Shown here piece after piece: positions 20,125 to 28,684 of a stretch of 64,000 nucleotides of DNA (within the stretch, counting starts at the first letter, position 1; each line of letters starts with the position of its first letter). A program made the translations under genes and the position numbers. The notes under the pieces were generated by a model that did no database searches, was not told the origin of the DNA, and saw only the letters and a program-made list of their open reading frames with translations. The stretch comes from an uncultured Planctomycetia bacterium (GTDB lineage Bacteria > Omnitrophota > Gorgyraeia > Duberdicusellales > 4484-171), in contig CAZAYU010000001.1 of NCBI GenBank assembly GCA_964489445.1, positions 375,968 to 439,967 of the forward strand, written 5' to 3'.

Positions 20125-20940
20125 TTAACAAAAACTCTCTTTAGATGAAGGAAAGCTCTGATTTTGAGTGTTTCTTATAAATTTTTTAACAGCCTTTTCT
20201 ATTTCTAAAGACAAATCAAGGTAAGATCTGGCAAATTTTAACTTTTTCCCGGAAAGGCCTAAAAAATCATACAATACTAACACTTGCCCGTCACAATGTT
20301 TTCCCGCACCAATGCCAATAGTTGGAATTTTTAGCTCTTTAGTTATCCTCGCAGATAAAGAAAGAGGAATACATTCTAAGATAAGGCTAAATATACCCAA
20401 ATCCTGCAATTTTTTTGCTTGGCTTAATAGGTTAGACGCCGAATCATCATCTCTGCCCTGCACTTTATACCCACCGAGAATGTGAGCGCTCTGAGGAGTT
20501 AATCCGATATGCCCCATTACCGGTATTTTTTCCCGAACTAAACATTTAACAACATAAAGACATTTATCAAACCACTCAATTTTTACTGCCTGTGCTCCAG
20601 CAGAAATAAATTTACGCGCCTGTTCAACACACTTTTTTGGATTTCTTTGATAGGCAACATACGGCATATCGGCTACAACTAGCGCTCTGTTTATTACTTT
20701 AGCTACCGCTTGCGTGTGATTTATCATTTCTTTTAATGAAACTTTCCGGGTTTCTTTTAAACCTAAAACTACATTAGCCAAAGAATCACCTACCAAAATT
20801 ATATCTAAGTTTGTTCTATCCAAAATTTTAGCAAAAGAATAATCATAACAGGTAAGCACTACAATTTTTTCCTTACCTTTCTTTCTGATAATATCTTTAA
20901 CTGTTACTTTATCCATCGTAGCCTCCCTGCAAAAACACAA
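20125..20940 (-). CDS. panB: 3-methyl-2-oxobutanoate hydroxymethyltransferase
   Basis: PanB family similarity (VVLTCYDYSFAKI..., GHIGLTPQS). Confidence 0.9.
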   Translation of the reverse strand: MCFCREATMDKVTVKDIIRKKGKEKIVVLTCYDYSFAKILDRTNLDIILVGDSLANVVLGLKETRKVSLKEMINHTQAVAKVINRALVVADMPYVAYQRNPKKCVEQARKFISAGAQAVKIEWFDKCLYVVKCLVREKIPVMGHIGLTPQSAHILGGYKVQGRDDDSASNLLSQAKKLQDLGIFSLILECIPLSLSARITKELKIPTIGIGAGKHCDGQVLVLYDFLGLSGKKLKFARSYLDLSLEIEKAVKKFIRNTQNQSFPSSKESFC

Positions 20941-21284
20941 TCAAGGATAAAGGATAAAGGTTAAAGGAAAAATTCAAAGTTCGAATAATCTGTTTATAAT
21001 CAATGGCGCAAAAAACAGTTTTTGAGGGACGCTTTGAGGTCAAAAAGCACGGTATCGCCCCTGCACTAAATAAACAGCGATTTTTTGGCCGAAACGCGAG
21101 GCAAAATTCACGCTGGGGATTTTGCCGTTCTCGAAAAAATTGTTTTTGCGTCTTCATTGCCGGTATAGACATATCCTCCGCATCATACATCTAGCTTTAT
21201 CTTTTTTCCGCATGAATTATCAACTACTAATTTTCCTAAGACTACTCGTTGCACCTTGCAAACTAAGTCTCAGAATAAACTTTC

Positions 21285-22277
21285 TTACTCAAATACATAT
21301 ACCCGTTCACCTTGCCCCTCATTACAAACAGCAAAAACCCTCATCGTAGAAATATTCTTGGCCAGAAATTTTCTAATTCCTTCCAGGCCCATAACCGAAA
21401 AAGCAGTAGCTAGACTATCGGTAGTAGTACAATTTTTGCTAATTACACTCACACTCAAAAGACTATTATCTACAGGGTACCCAGTGAGAGGATTAATCAA
21501 ATGGGAATAACGTTTATCCTGATAATCAAAAAATTGTTCATAATTTCCCGAAGTAGACACTGACTCATTCAGTAGCTGCTGATTTTCAATTATTCCTGAT
21601 AATTTTTGTGGATCTCTAACGCCGATATTCCATGTTTTCCCTCTGTTAGTCCCTAGGCAATAGATATCTCCTCCGGCGTTAATCATTGCGTTCTCGACAC
21701 CCTGCTCTTTTAATTTCAAAACTGCTTTATCTACCATATACCCTTTGGCTATCGCGTTTAAATCAACCTTGAGCCCTTGCTTGCTAATGAGTACTGTTTT
21801 ATTCTTTTTATCTATTTTAAGATAGTCCATACCACATTTCTCAGCTAACTTATTAATTTTTTGCTTATCCGGAAATTGCTGAACTCCTTCTTTAATTAAT
21901 TTTTTCCAAAAATCATAAAGCACACCATAGCTTACATCAAACGCACCGCCAGTTAAGCTGGTTAACTGTCTGGACAAGCCTAAAATTTCAATCATCTCAT
22001 CAGAGACTTTCATCGGAATATTATAAGTGTTATTTAATCGAGAAATTTCCGAATCCGGATCGTAAAGATTAAAAATCTTATTCAATCGCTGAAACTCTTT
22101 ATACACAATACCGGCGGCTGGTTTATCAGAAGAAATAACTTCTAAATATGTGCCAGAAACAACGAAAGTATTTTTATGCACTGGAATCGAGCAAGAAGAC
22201 AAAAAGAATAAAACACAAAATAACGCGCCTATTCTTTTAATTTTTTTCACATACATAAAATATCCCATATTATTCAA
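21285..22277 (-). CDS. apbE: FAD:protein FMN transferase ApbE (lipoprotein)
   Basis: Lipobox (LSSCS). ApbE family similarity (FDVSYGVL..., AIAKGYMVDKA). Confidence 0.85.
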   Translation of the reverse strand: MNNMGYFMYVKKIKRIGALFCVLFFLSSCSIPVHKNTFVVSGTYLEVISSDKPAAGIVYKEFQRLNKIFNLYDPDSEISRLNNTYNIPMKVSDEMIEILGLSRQLTSLTGGAFDVSYGVLYDFWKKLIKEGVQQFPDKQKINKLAEKCGMDYLKIDKKNKTVLISKQGLKVDLNAIAKGYMVDKAVLKLKEQGVENAMINAGGDIYCLGTNRGKTWNIGVRDPQKLSGIIENQQLLNESVSTSGNYEQFFDYQDKRYSHLINPLTGYPVDNSLLSVSVISKNCTTTDSLATAFSVMGLEGIRKFLAKNISTMRVFAVCNEGQGERVYVFE

Positions 22278-23085
22278 GTCTTATTTCTGCGCATTTTTTT
22301 AATATTATCTGTCGAGAATCCGCCACATGAACACCTCTGGTTTTGCCCACAGTCAATACTACCGCATTACTAATAGTAAGCTTTCCCGTGGAAGTTATAT
22401 ATAATCCATTAGGCCTAATATTCTTGCTGTGATCCAAAACTACATCTGTATCAATTATCATATCTTTACCTATGTCCGGACAGTCAGGATCAGCAAAATC
22501 AGCTAACCCATCACAATCATTATCTTTTTTATCCAAACAAAGACACCCTTCTTCAAAGTGTAATCCTGCTGCATCCACACGGCAAGCTGTTAACTCGCTA
22601 ATACCGGAAGTTGAAGGGTGTTTAGATGGGGTAGAAGAATTGCAATCACAATAAGAATTACTACTTCCTGGGTTCACCAATGGATTATCACCATCACAAT
22701 CATTACATTGGTCAACATAGCCGTCTTTATCATTATCTGCGCTTTGTCCAGATTGAGGACAACCTGCAGGTGTGCATGTAGAGCAACAAGTCTGATAACA
22801 AGTCTGGTAGCAAGTCTGGTAGCAAGTCTGGCAATTTTCACCTTTAGCATCACAATCACAATCATAAGGATCACAATCATAAGGATTACAATCATAAGGA
22901 TTACAATCATAAGGGGTATCTGTGCAGCTAGTATCTACCCCCGTATCTGCATAGTAAACATTACCGACACATTTCCCATTCTCCCCAGCATTACACTGTT
23001 TAGTACGAGTATCACAAGCATACATCGCCGAGACAAAAAACAACATTAGCGCAATTGTAATAAAAATAATTTTTCCGTTTTTCAT
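22270..23085 (-). CDS. Secreted Cys/Asp-rich tandem-repeat protein (calcium-binding-like)
   Basis: Signal peptide, then (PYDC[ND])x4 and (QTCY)x4 repeats and DxDxDG-like motifs. Overlaps the apbE start by 8 nt. Confidence 0.65.
   Translation of the reverse strand: MKNGKIIFITIALMLFFVSAMYACDTRTKQCNAGENGKCVGNVYYADTGVDTSCTDTPYDCNPYDCNPYDCDPYDCDCDAKGENCQTCYQTCYQTCYQTCCSTCTPAGCPQSGQSADNDKDGYVDQCNDCDGDNPLVNPGSSNSYCDCNSSTPSKHPSTSGISELTACRVDAAGLHFEEGCLCLDKKDNDCDGLADFADPDCPDIGKDMIIDTDVVLDHSKNIRPNGLYITSTGKLTISNAVVLTVGKTRGVHVADSRQIILKKCAEIRLE
22787..22834. repeat. 12-nt tandem repeat, about 4 units (caagtctggtag), in-frame, encoding QTCY
   Basis: Read directly from the sequence. Confidence 0.85.
22857..22916. 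repeat. 15-nt tandem repeat, 4 units ([ct]acaatcataaggat), in-frame, encoding PYDC[ND]
   Basis: Read directly from the sequence. Confidence 0.85.
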
Positions 23086-23142
23086 CTGTTCTCCTTTTTC
23101 TCGTATATCTCCTTAATTGAAGATACATCTCATTATAAAAAA

Positions 23143-24627
23143 TTATTTTATTAAAATTTCAACTTTTTCTTTGCCTTCTTCTGAATCTTCTAAGGCAATC
23201 CCCACAACTTGAGTAAATATTGTAATTTTATTAACATCTCCCCGCATTGCATAACCTAATTTAGAAGAAGTAACCAAAATATCTCCTTTTTTAACCGGGG
23301 GAACTATTTTGCAATCTACTATTCCATCTAAAGCTAACGGTTTAAGATCCTCACCTTCCTGTTCACCTAAAAGTAAAGATGGTTTTTCTGAGATAACTCC
23401 GGCAACTACTGCTGAATAAGGTTCACTATTTTTTTTAAATTCATTATCATCATTTCCGCCTACCACCACGACATCTCCTGGCTCACATTCCTCACATTTT
23501 ATATTTTCAGCAATATCTCCCTTAATTGTGGAACAAAAAAGAGTGCCGTCTAATCGAATGTCACCCTTAATATCTAATTCTTTCTCAGGATTAGATATTC
23601 CAATACCTACATTACCCTCTTTAGAAATCCATACCCTATCCTTGTGAGATGTTTGGAACCGAATAGGCTCGGCGGCGGCTGTCTTCATTACTAAACCTTT
23701 ACCACCACTAGCAGCAGCTGCAAAGATAGCACCAATATAAGAACCTGAACGGGAAAACAACACCCCAGAATTTTCGCCACCCACAGAATCAATAAATATG
23801 CCTGTATCTTTATCGCTTTTAATATGTAATTTTTGCAGCGGGTTAATAGTCCCGATTCCCACATTACCACCTTTTATAATTGATATACCCTCTCCGTTAT
23901 TTACATCGTCGGCGCTATGGCCAATGCAAATTAAACCGTCTAAATAATCAGAATAGTTAATAGACACCGACTCAGAAAAAACTTTACCTACCGCTAAACC
24001 AACAAAACCACCACTAGGTAATTGAGGTGCAAAAAAAGATGCAATATTTTGAGAATAAGGTTTATTACTTTCCACAGATAACAATTGCCTGGGATCAGTC
24101 GTCCCAATGCCTACATTTCCAAGCTCAATACCGTCACTACCCCAGTTTTGCATGCAAATCGGCTTGCTGTCTCCTTCTAAATATAAAGGGCCCGTACTTG
24201 CTACAGCCATTCCAGCCTCACCCCCGCCATTAATAGAACTCTGCCACCAAACACCCCCACCTGTACTAGCGGTACTAATACTTTGTGTATTGCCAATATG
24301 TAGCCCAACTCCAGTGTCAGAATTCATAGGATTACTATATCCGCCTAAAGAAACATACCTGTTAAGAGCAGAGACCTGCAAACGAATATCCGGTGTTATG
24401 CTTGAAGCTCCGACATCCCATCCAAAAAGATTAGGACTATCAATATAATTGTCTCCAATAGCTACCCTTCTTGCCCGCAATTCATTATACACCCCATAAG
24501 GAGCCGGATAATAAGTGATAATTGTAATTCTTTCTTCAGGGATGGTTGTTTGGGCAAGCACCGGAATAATCCAAATTATTAACATGCTAAACACAAAACT
24601 TAAAATTAATACCCGTTTTTCTTTCAT
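23143..24627 (-). CDS. Secreted Gly-rich repeat protein, paralog family member
   Basis: Signal peptide (...IPVLA), then QTTIPEERITIITYYPAPYGVYNELRARRVAIGD and three GNVGIG(T/I)xxP repeats. The C-terminal region is divergent. Confidence 0.7.
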   Translation of the reverse strand: MKEKRVLILSFVFSMLIIWIIPVLAQTTIPEERITIITYYPAPYGVYNELRARRVAIGDNYIDSPNLFGWDVGASSITPDIRLQVSALNRYVSLGGYSNPMNSDTGVGLHIGNTQSISTASTGGGVWWQSSINGGGEAGMAVASTGPLYLEGDSKPICMQNWGSDGIELGNVGIGTTDPRQLLSVESNKPYSQNIASFFAPQLPSGGFVGLAVGKVFSESVSINYSDYLDGLICIGHSADDVNNGEGISIIKGGNVGIGTINPLQKLHIKSDKDTGIFIDSVGGENSGVLFSRSGSYIGAIFAAAASGGKGLVMKTAAAEPIRFQTSHKDRVWISKEGNVGIGISNPEKELDIKGDIRLDGTLFCSTIKGDIAENIKCEECEPGDVVVVGGNDDNEFKKNSEPYSAVVAGVISEKPSLLLGEQEGEDLKPLALDGIVDCKIVPPVKKGDILVTSSKLGYAMRGDVNKITIFTQVVGIALEDSEEGKEKVEILIK

Positions 24628-24641
24628 ACTCCCCCCGTTAT

Positions 24642-24681
24642 TATTTCCCGCCGAAGGCGGATCCGCCTTCGGCGGGAAATA
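24642..24681. promoter_or_regulatory. 40-bp perfect GC-rich palindrome with nested sub-hairpins, 14 nt upstream of the SD/ATG of the 23143-24627 gene and downstream of queF
   Basis: tatttcccgccgaaggcggatccgccttcggcgggaaata. No U-tract follows on either strand. Confidence 0.5.
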
Positions 24682-24853
24682 GTTAAATGGTTAATCTTTA
24701 TTGTGCTTAGGGATTACTAAGGATTATGGATTATGTGATAAGAAATAGAAACCAAAAACATTTCGGTTTGGCTTAATTTTTCTCTTCTTAGCCTCATCCT
24801 TCGTCCCTCTTCCATCATCTATCGTCCGTCTTTCATCATCTGTCTTTACTGCT

Positions 24854-25315
24854 TTACCCTCTCTTGGCCTTTCTCTTCTCCCGATATACGGCAGTTACCT
24901 TATTCTCAATACCCCCCCTTGAAGTAAACTCTCCTTCTAGGGTAATTTCGCGTGGTTTTAATATCTTAATTAAATCTTCTAAAATTTTATTTACTGCATG
25001 CTCATTATACACTTTTACATTACGAAAAGAATAAAGATAATACTTTAACGCTTTAAGCTCAACAAGCTTACAATTTGGAACGTAGTTTATAGACAAACAG
25101 GCAAAATCAGGCAATCCGGAAAAAGGACATAAGCAAGTAAACTCTCGACTAGTTAACTTAACGGCAATCAACTGTTTTGGATATTTATAGTTTAAACTTT
25201 TAAGTATCGTCGGGTCAATATCATCAACCGTAAATGTATCCCCTAAAGTATTCTTGGCCTTTTCCTCTATAGAGATGACTTCGCGATCCTCATAAATCAT
25301 ATTTGGTCTCCTCAT
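24854..25315 (-). CDS. queF: NADPH-dependent 7-cyano-7-deazaguanine reductase
   Basis: QueF type I catalytic region (CLCPFSGLPDF); 153 aa. Confidence 0.85.
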   Translation of the reverse strand: MRRPNMIYEDREVISIEEKAKNTLGDTFTVDDIDPTILKSLNYKYPKQLIAVKLTSREFTCLCPFSGLPDFACLSINYVPNCKLVELKALKYYLYSFRNVKVYNEHAVNKILEDLIKILKPREITLEGEFTSRGGIENKVTAVYREKRKAKRG

Positions 25316-25385
25316 TGTATACTATCATTAGATTAAAGATACCGAAACAAAAAAACACTATTTCTCTCCCATTGTCACGGTTAAG

Positions 25386-26126
25386 CTAACTTACCAAAGC
25401 AGTATCCGGCAAATTAAGTAAATCAAAAAATTCAAAATGGTATGATAAGAATCTTCCTAAAATATTGAAAATTTCTTTTTCACAGCGCAAACTAAAATTC
25501 AATCTTAGCACTAAAGAGAAATCTGTGTTTTGGATATATGCCAGCGAACGCGATGTTTCGTTGCTTACTCCTTGAGCATCATCAAGACTAGGATAGCATT
25601 TTTCACAAACTAAACCTCCTTTAGAGACACTGAAAAAAATTTCCCTGCCCAATACGCTATTACAGCCAATGCAATGATTAAGCTCTGGTTTAAACCCGGA
25701 AAAAGTCAAAAATTTTATTAAAAAAATACACAATATCTTATTTTCCTTTTCATTACTCAACAAGCTTAAGCTTTTACCCAAAAGACTAAATATAAAGCAA
25801 TTTCTATCCCAGGGTTGCATAGTTTTATCCACAATATTAAGCATAATTGAAGCTATTTTAGCTTTAGAAAAACTTTTGCGCAAGAATGAGTACTCGGATA
25901 TTAAATCAACGTACGATATAAGCCAAATTTCGCTTTTTTTCGGATAAAATACAAACTCATTTAGACTAAAACTGTCCAGAGGAGAAGAAAATTCCTTTTT
26001 TTGAGTATAAAAACCCTTCAATATTCCTGCAATTTTCCCAAATTTTTCTGTATACAAATTAACAATTAAACTTGTATCTCTAAAATTATAGCGCCTCAAA
26101 ACAAAGCCTTTATCTTTTTCAATCAT
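25386..26126 (-). CDS. recO: DNA repair protein RecO
   Basis: RecO N-terminal OB fold and a C-terminal Cys4 (CIGC...CEKC). Confidence 0.8.
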   Translation of the reverse strand: MIEKDKGFVLRRYNFRDTSLIVNLYTEKFGKIAGILKGFYTQKKEFSSPLDSFSLNEFVFYPKKSEIWLISYVDLISEYSFLRKSFSKAKIASIMLNIVDKTMQPWDRNCFIFSLLGKSLSLLSNEKENKILCIFLIKFLTFSGFKPELNHCIGCNSVLGREIFFSVSKGGLVCEKCYPSLDDAQGVSNETSRSLAYIQNTDFSLVLRLNFSLRCEKEIFNILGRFLSYHFEFFDLLNLPDTALVS

Positions 26127-26153
26127 AATTTACAAATTAATAGATTTCCTCAC

Positions 26154-26696
26154 TTAAAACAATTTCTCCAGAACCTCCTGCTGTTTTTTTTCCATCTTCA
26201 TTCGTTTCTTAGCGGTTCTGTCGTCATACCCTAAGAGATGTAAGATGCCATGGATTACATACAATAACAATTCCTTTTGCCAGCTTAATCCAAACTGATT
26301 ACAAGTTTTGACTGCTTCCTCAACAGACACCACTATCTCACCTAAATAATTAACATCAAAATCATCTTTCAGCGGAAAAGAAATCACATCTGTTGATTGA
26401 GATTTTCCAAAAAATCTTTTATTTATTTTTTTTATTGTATTTCGGTCACAAAAAAACAATGATATCTTTTGCGAAGAAATATCCAAAATATTACCTATTC
26501 TATTTAAATAATTTTCTAATTTCGGAAGGTTTATTTTCTTTAATTTTTGAGAATTTGTTATCTCTACTAACATCGATATAGCTAAAAATCTTTTCCTACA
26601 GACAAATAGTCTAATTATTCTTTTTACTGCTTTTAGAACCCTGTTTACTGTGAGGTTCATCCTTAGGGTAACTAATGCGGGTATGAAAAATAGCAT
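26154..26696 (-). CDS. ybeY: rRNA maturation endoribonuclease YbeY
   Basis: HGILHLLGYDD metal-binding motif. The annotated start overlaps pgpH; the real start is probably an internal Met. Confidence 0.85.
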   Translation of the reverse strand: MLFFIPALVTLRMNLTVNRVLKAVKRIIRLFVCRKRFLAISMLVEITNSQKLKKINLPKLENYLNRIGNILDISSQKISLFFCDRNTIKKINKRFFGKSQSTDVISFPLKDDFDVNYLGEIVVSVEEAVKTCNQFGLSWQKELLLYVIHGILHLLGYDDRTAKKRMKMEKKQQEVLEKLF

Positions 26697-28002
26697 TTAG
26701 GCTACGGGAAAAACTTTTAGTAATTTTTTCTAAATCCTTTAGAGTTATGCTGCTTTCATCTAGCTCTGCATCCCTAAATCTTTTTTTAACTACATCCCGT
26801 ACCATTTCCTCTATGCGGGCAGGAGCCGGATCTTCAAGCGTTCGAGACAACGCCTCAACAGTATCAGCTAAAGAAACTATTGCTGTTTCCTTGTTCTGCG
26901 GTCTTGGTCCCGGATAACGATATTCTTCCTCGTGCATTCCTTCAGGCTCAAGCTCTTTGGCTCGTTGATAAAAATAATAAACCAATGTTCGTCCATGATG
27001 CTGAGAAATAAAATCAATAATCCTAGGGTTAAGCCTATATTTTTCCGCTAATTCTATACCCTCTTTTACATGATTAAAAATAATCAATTTACTCATTGAA
27101 GGTTTTAGCTTTTTATGCATATCTTTATAATTGACTAGATTCTCTACAAAATACTCCGGTTTAACCAACTTTCCTACATCATGATAATATGCTCCAACTC
27201 TAGCCAGAAGAGAATTAGCTCCGATAGCTTCTGCAGCCGCTTCGCTTAAATTTGCCACCACCAATGAATGCTGATATGTGCCCGGGGCCTCCAGAATTAG
27301 CTTACGTAATAACGGGTGGTTAAAATCGGAAAGCTCTAAAAGAGATATGTTTGTTACTACTTTAAATATATATTCAAACACCGGCAAAATCCCTAACACC
27401 ACAATTGAGGAAATGACACCATTTAATAAACAAATCCTTAATAGCTTTAAATCCAAAATCGGAAGCAAAATAAATCCTTGGTCTTTCTCCATCATAAACG
27501 CAACAATAAATAGTACTACACCAGCAATAAAGCCAGCACTAATCACCTTAAACCTACGCCTCGCCCGATAAACAAGCATCGAGGCGGTTAAGGAGGCAAT
27601 AAATAAACCGATTCCTATATGCAAGCTATTCCCATAAATGCTAGCACTTAAAAAAGAAATAAGAAGAGAGAAAAGCAAAGCAAGTTCTAAGTCATCAAAT
27701 AGAAGAGTAACCAATATAACAAAACCAATTGTCGGAATTCCGTACCCCGGAATCTTAAACATGGTGGCACCCAAAAGAGGGATTAACACAACTAACGCCC
27801 CCAATATGGATAGATCTAGATAAGAAGGAATATTCTCTAATTTTCTTAAAAATCTAGCGTAAATAAATAAGACAAAAAAAAGCAACAATAAAGCAAAATT
27901 AATGGAGTAAATAAAAAATACAACCCCAGCAACAATAAAAAACACCAGCCCAACGATTAGATTACCAAGATTTATTTCTTTTTTGGCCAAAAAAATTTTC
28001 AT
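26611..28002 (-). CDS. pgpH: 7TM receptor with intracellular HD hydrolase (PgpH/YqfF-like)
   Basis: Multi-TM N-terminus and an HD domain (YYHDVGK). Synteny pgpH-ybeY-recO matches Firmicutes. Confidence 0.8.
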   Translation of the reverse strand: MKIFLAKKEINLGNLIVGLVFFIVAGVVFFIYSINFALLLLFFVLFIYARFLRKLENIPSYLDLSILGALVVLIPLLGATMFKIPGYGIPTIGFVILVTLLFDDLELALLFSLLISFLSASIYGNSLHIGIGLFIASLTASMLVYRARRRFKVISAGFIAGVVLFIVAFMMEKDQGFILLPILDLKLLRICLLNGVISSIVVLGILPVFEYIFKVVTNISLLELSDFNHPLLRKLILEAPGTYQHSLVVANLSEAAAEAIGANSLLARVGAYYHDVGKLVKPEYFVENLVNYKDMHKKLKPSMSKLIIFNHVKEGIELAEKYRLNPRIIDFISQHHGRTLVYYFYQRAKELEPEGMHEEEYRYPGPRPQNKETAIVSLADTVEALSRTLEDPAPARIEEMVRDVVKKRFRDAELDESSITLKDLEKITKSFSRSLNAIFHTRISYPKDEPHSKQGSKSSKKNN

Positions 28003-28072
28003 AAACTTCTCTTATCCTTTGAATCAAATACCAGATAACGCCACAAATAAATACTGTAATTAAACCTGTACT

Positions 28073-28651
28073 CTATTCAGGAATTTTTAATTTCATTCCT
28101 GGGTAAACCTTATCCGGGCTCTTCATAATTTTGCTATTTGCATCGTAAATTTTTTTCCACTTACGAGTTGTTCCGTAAAATTTATCAGAAATCTTCTGCA
28201 AAGTATCATTTTTTCCAACAACATAGTCTTTCTCACCACCACCAGAAAGGACACCTTCTTCGGGATCTTCTTCATTGGCCTCTTCACTGTCTATTTCACC
28301 ATCAAACACATTTATGTCTTCTACAAATTCATCCATCAGCTCTTCTTGTTCTTCCCATTCTATAAATTCTTCTTCTGAAGAAAATTTTTCTTTTGCTTTG
28401 GCATCTGTTTTCTTTTCTTTTTTAGCAACTTTCTTTTTGTTTTTTGATTCAATAAACTCAACTTCTACCACCGATATTTGCCGAGTATCTCCCAATCTAT
28501 TTTTTGCTGGTTCACCCTTAGGTGTTCCTGCGAGATATCCCTGATTTCCTTGAATATCCAGGTCTGTTCTTGGCGTTCTGATAGTATAGCTTCTGACAGC
28601 TACACATCCGGTTAAAAAAAGAGAAACTGTCAAAAACCATACAAACTTCAT
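28073..28651 (-). CDS. LysM-domain lipoprotein with acidic linker
   Basis: Lipobox (LTGCV). C-terminal LysM (YVVGKNDTLQKISDKFYG...). Confidence 0.7.
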   Translation of the reverse strand: MKFVWFLTVSLFLTGCVAVRSYTIRTPRTDLDIQGNQGYLAGTPKGEPAKNRLGDTRQISVVEVEFIESKNKKKVAKKEKKTDAKAKEKFSSEEEFIEWEEQEELMDEFVEDINVFDGEIDSEEANEEDPEEGVLSGGGEKDYVVGKNDTLQKISDKFYGTTRKWKKIYDANSKIMKSPDKVYPGMKLKIPE

Positions 28652-28684
28652 AATTTTAACCTCCTACTTCCTCTCAAGAATTAC

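Noticed and set aside
20960-20990. tRNA-like T-loop fragment 'gttcgaat' near 20975
   Set aside because: There is no complementary T-stem, acceptor stem or anticodon arm around it. No tRNA cloverleaf could be built here or anywhere else in the window.
20909-21190. 93-aa minus-strand and 63-aa plus-strand ORFs in the panB leader
   Set aside because: Highly basic, low-complexity translations with no recognisable domain. The region is better explained as a structured non-coding leader (see findings).
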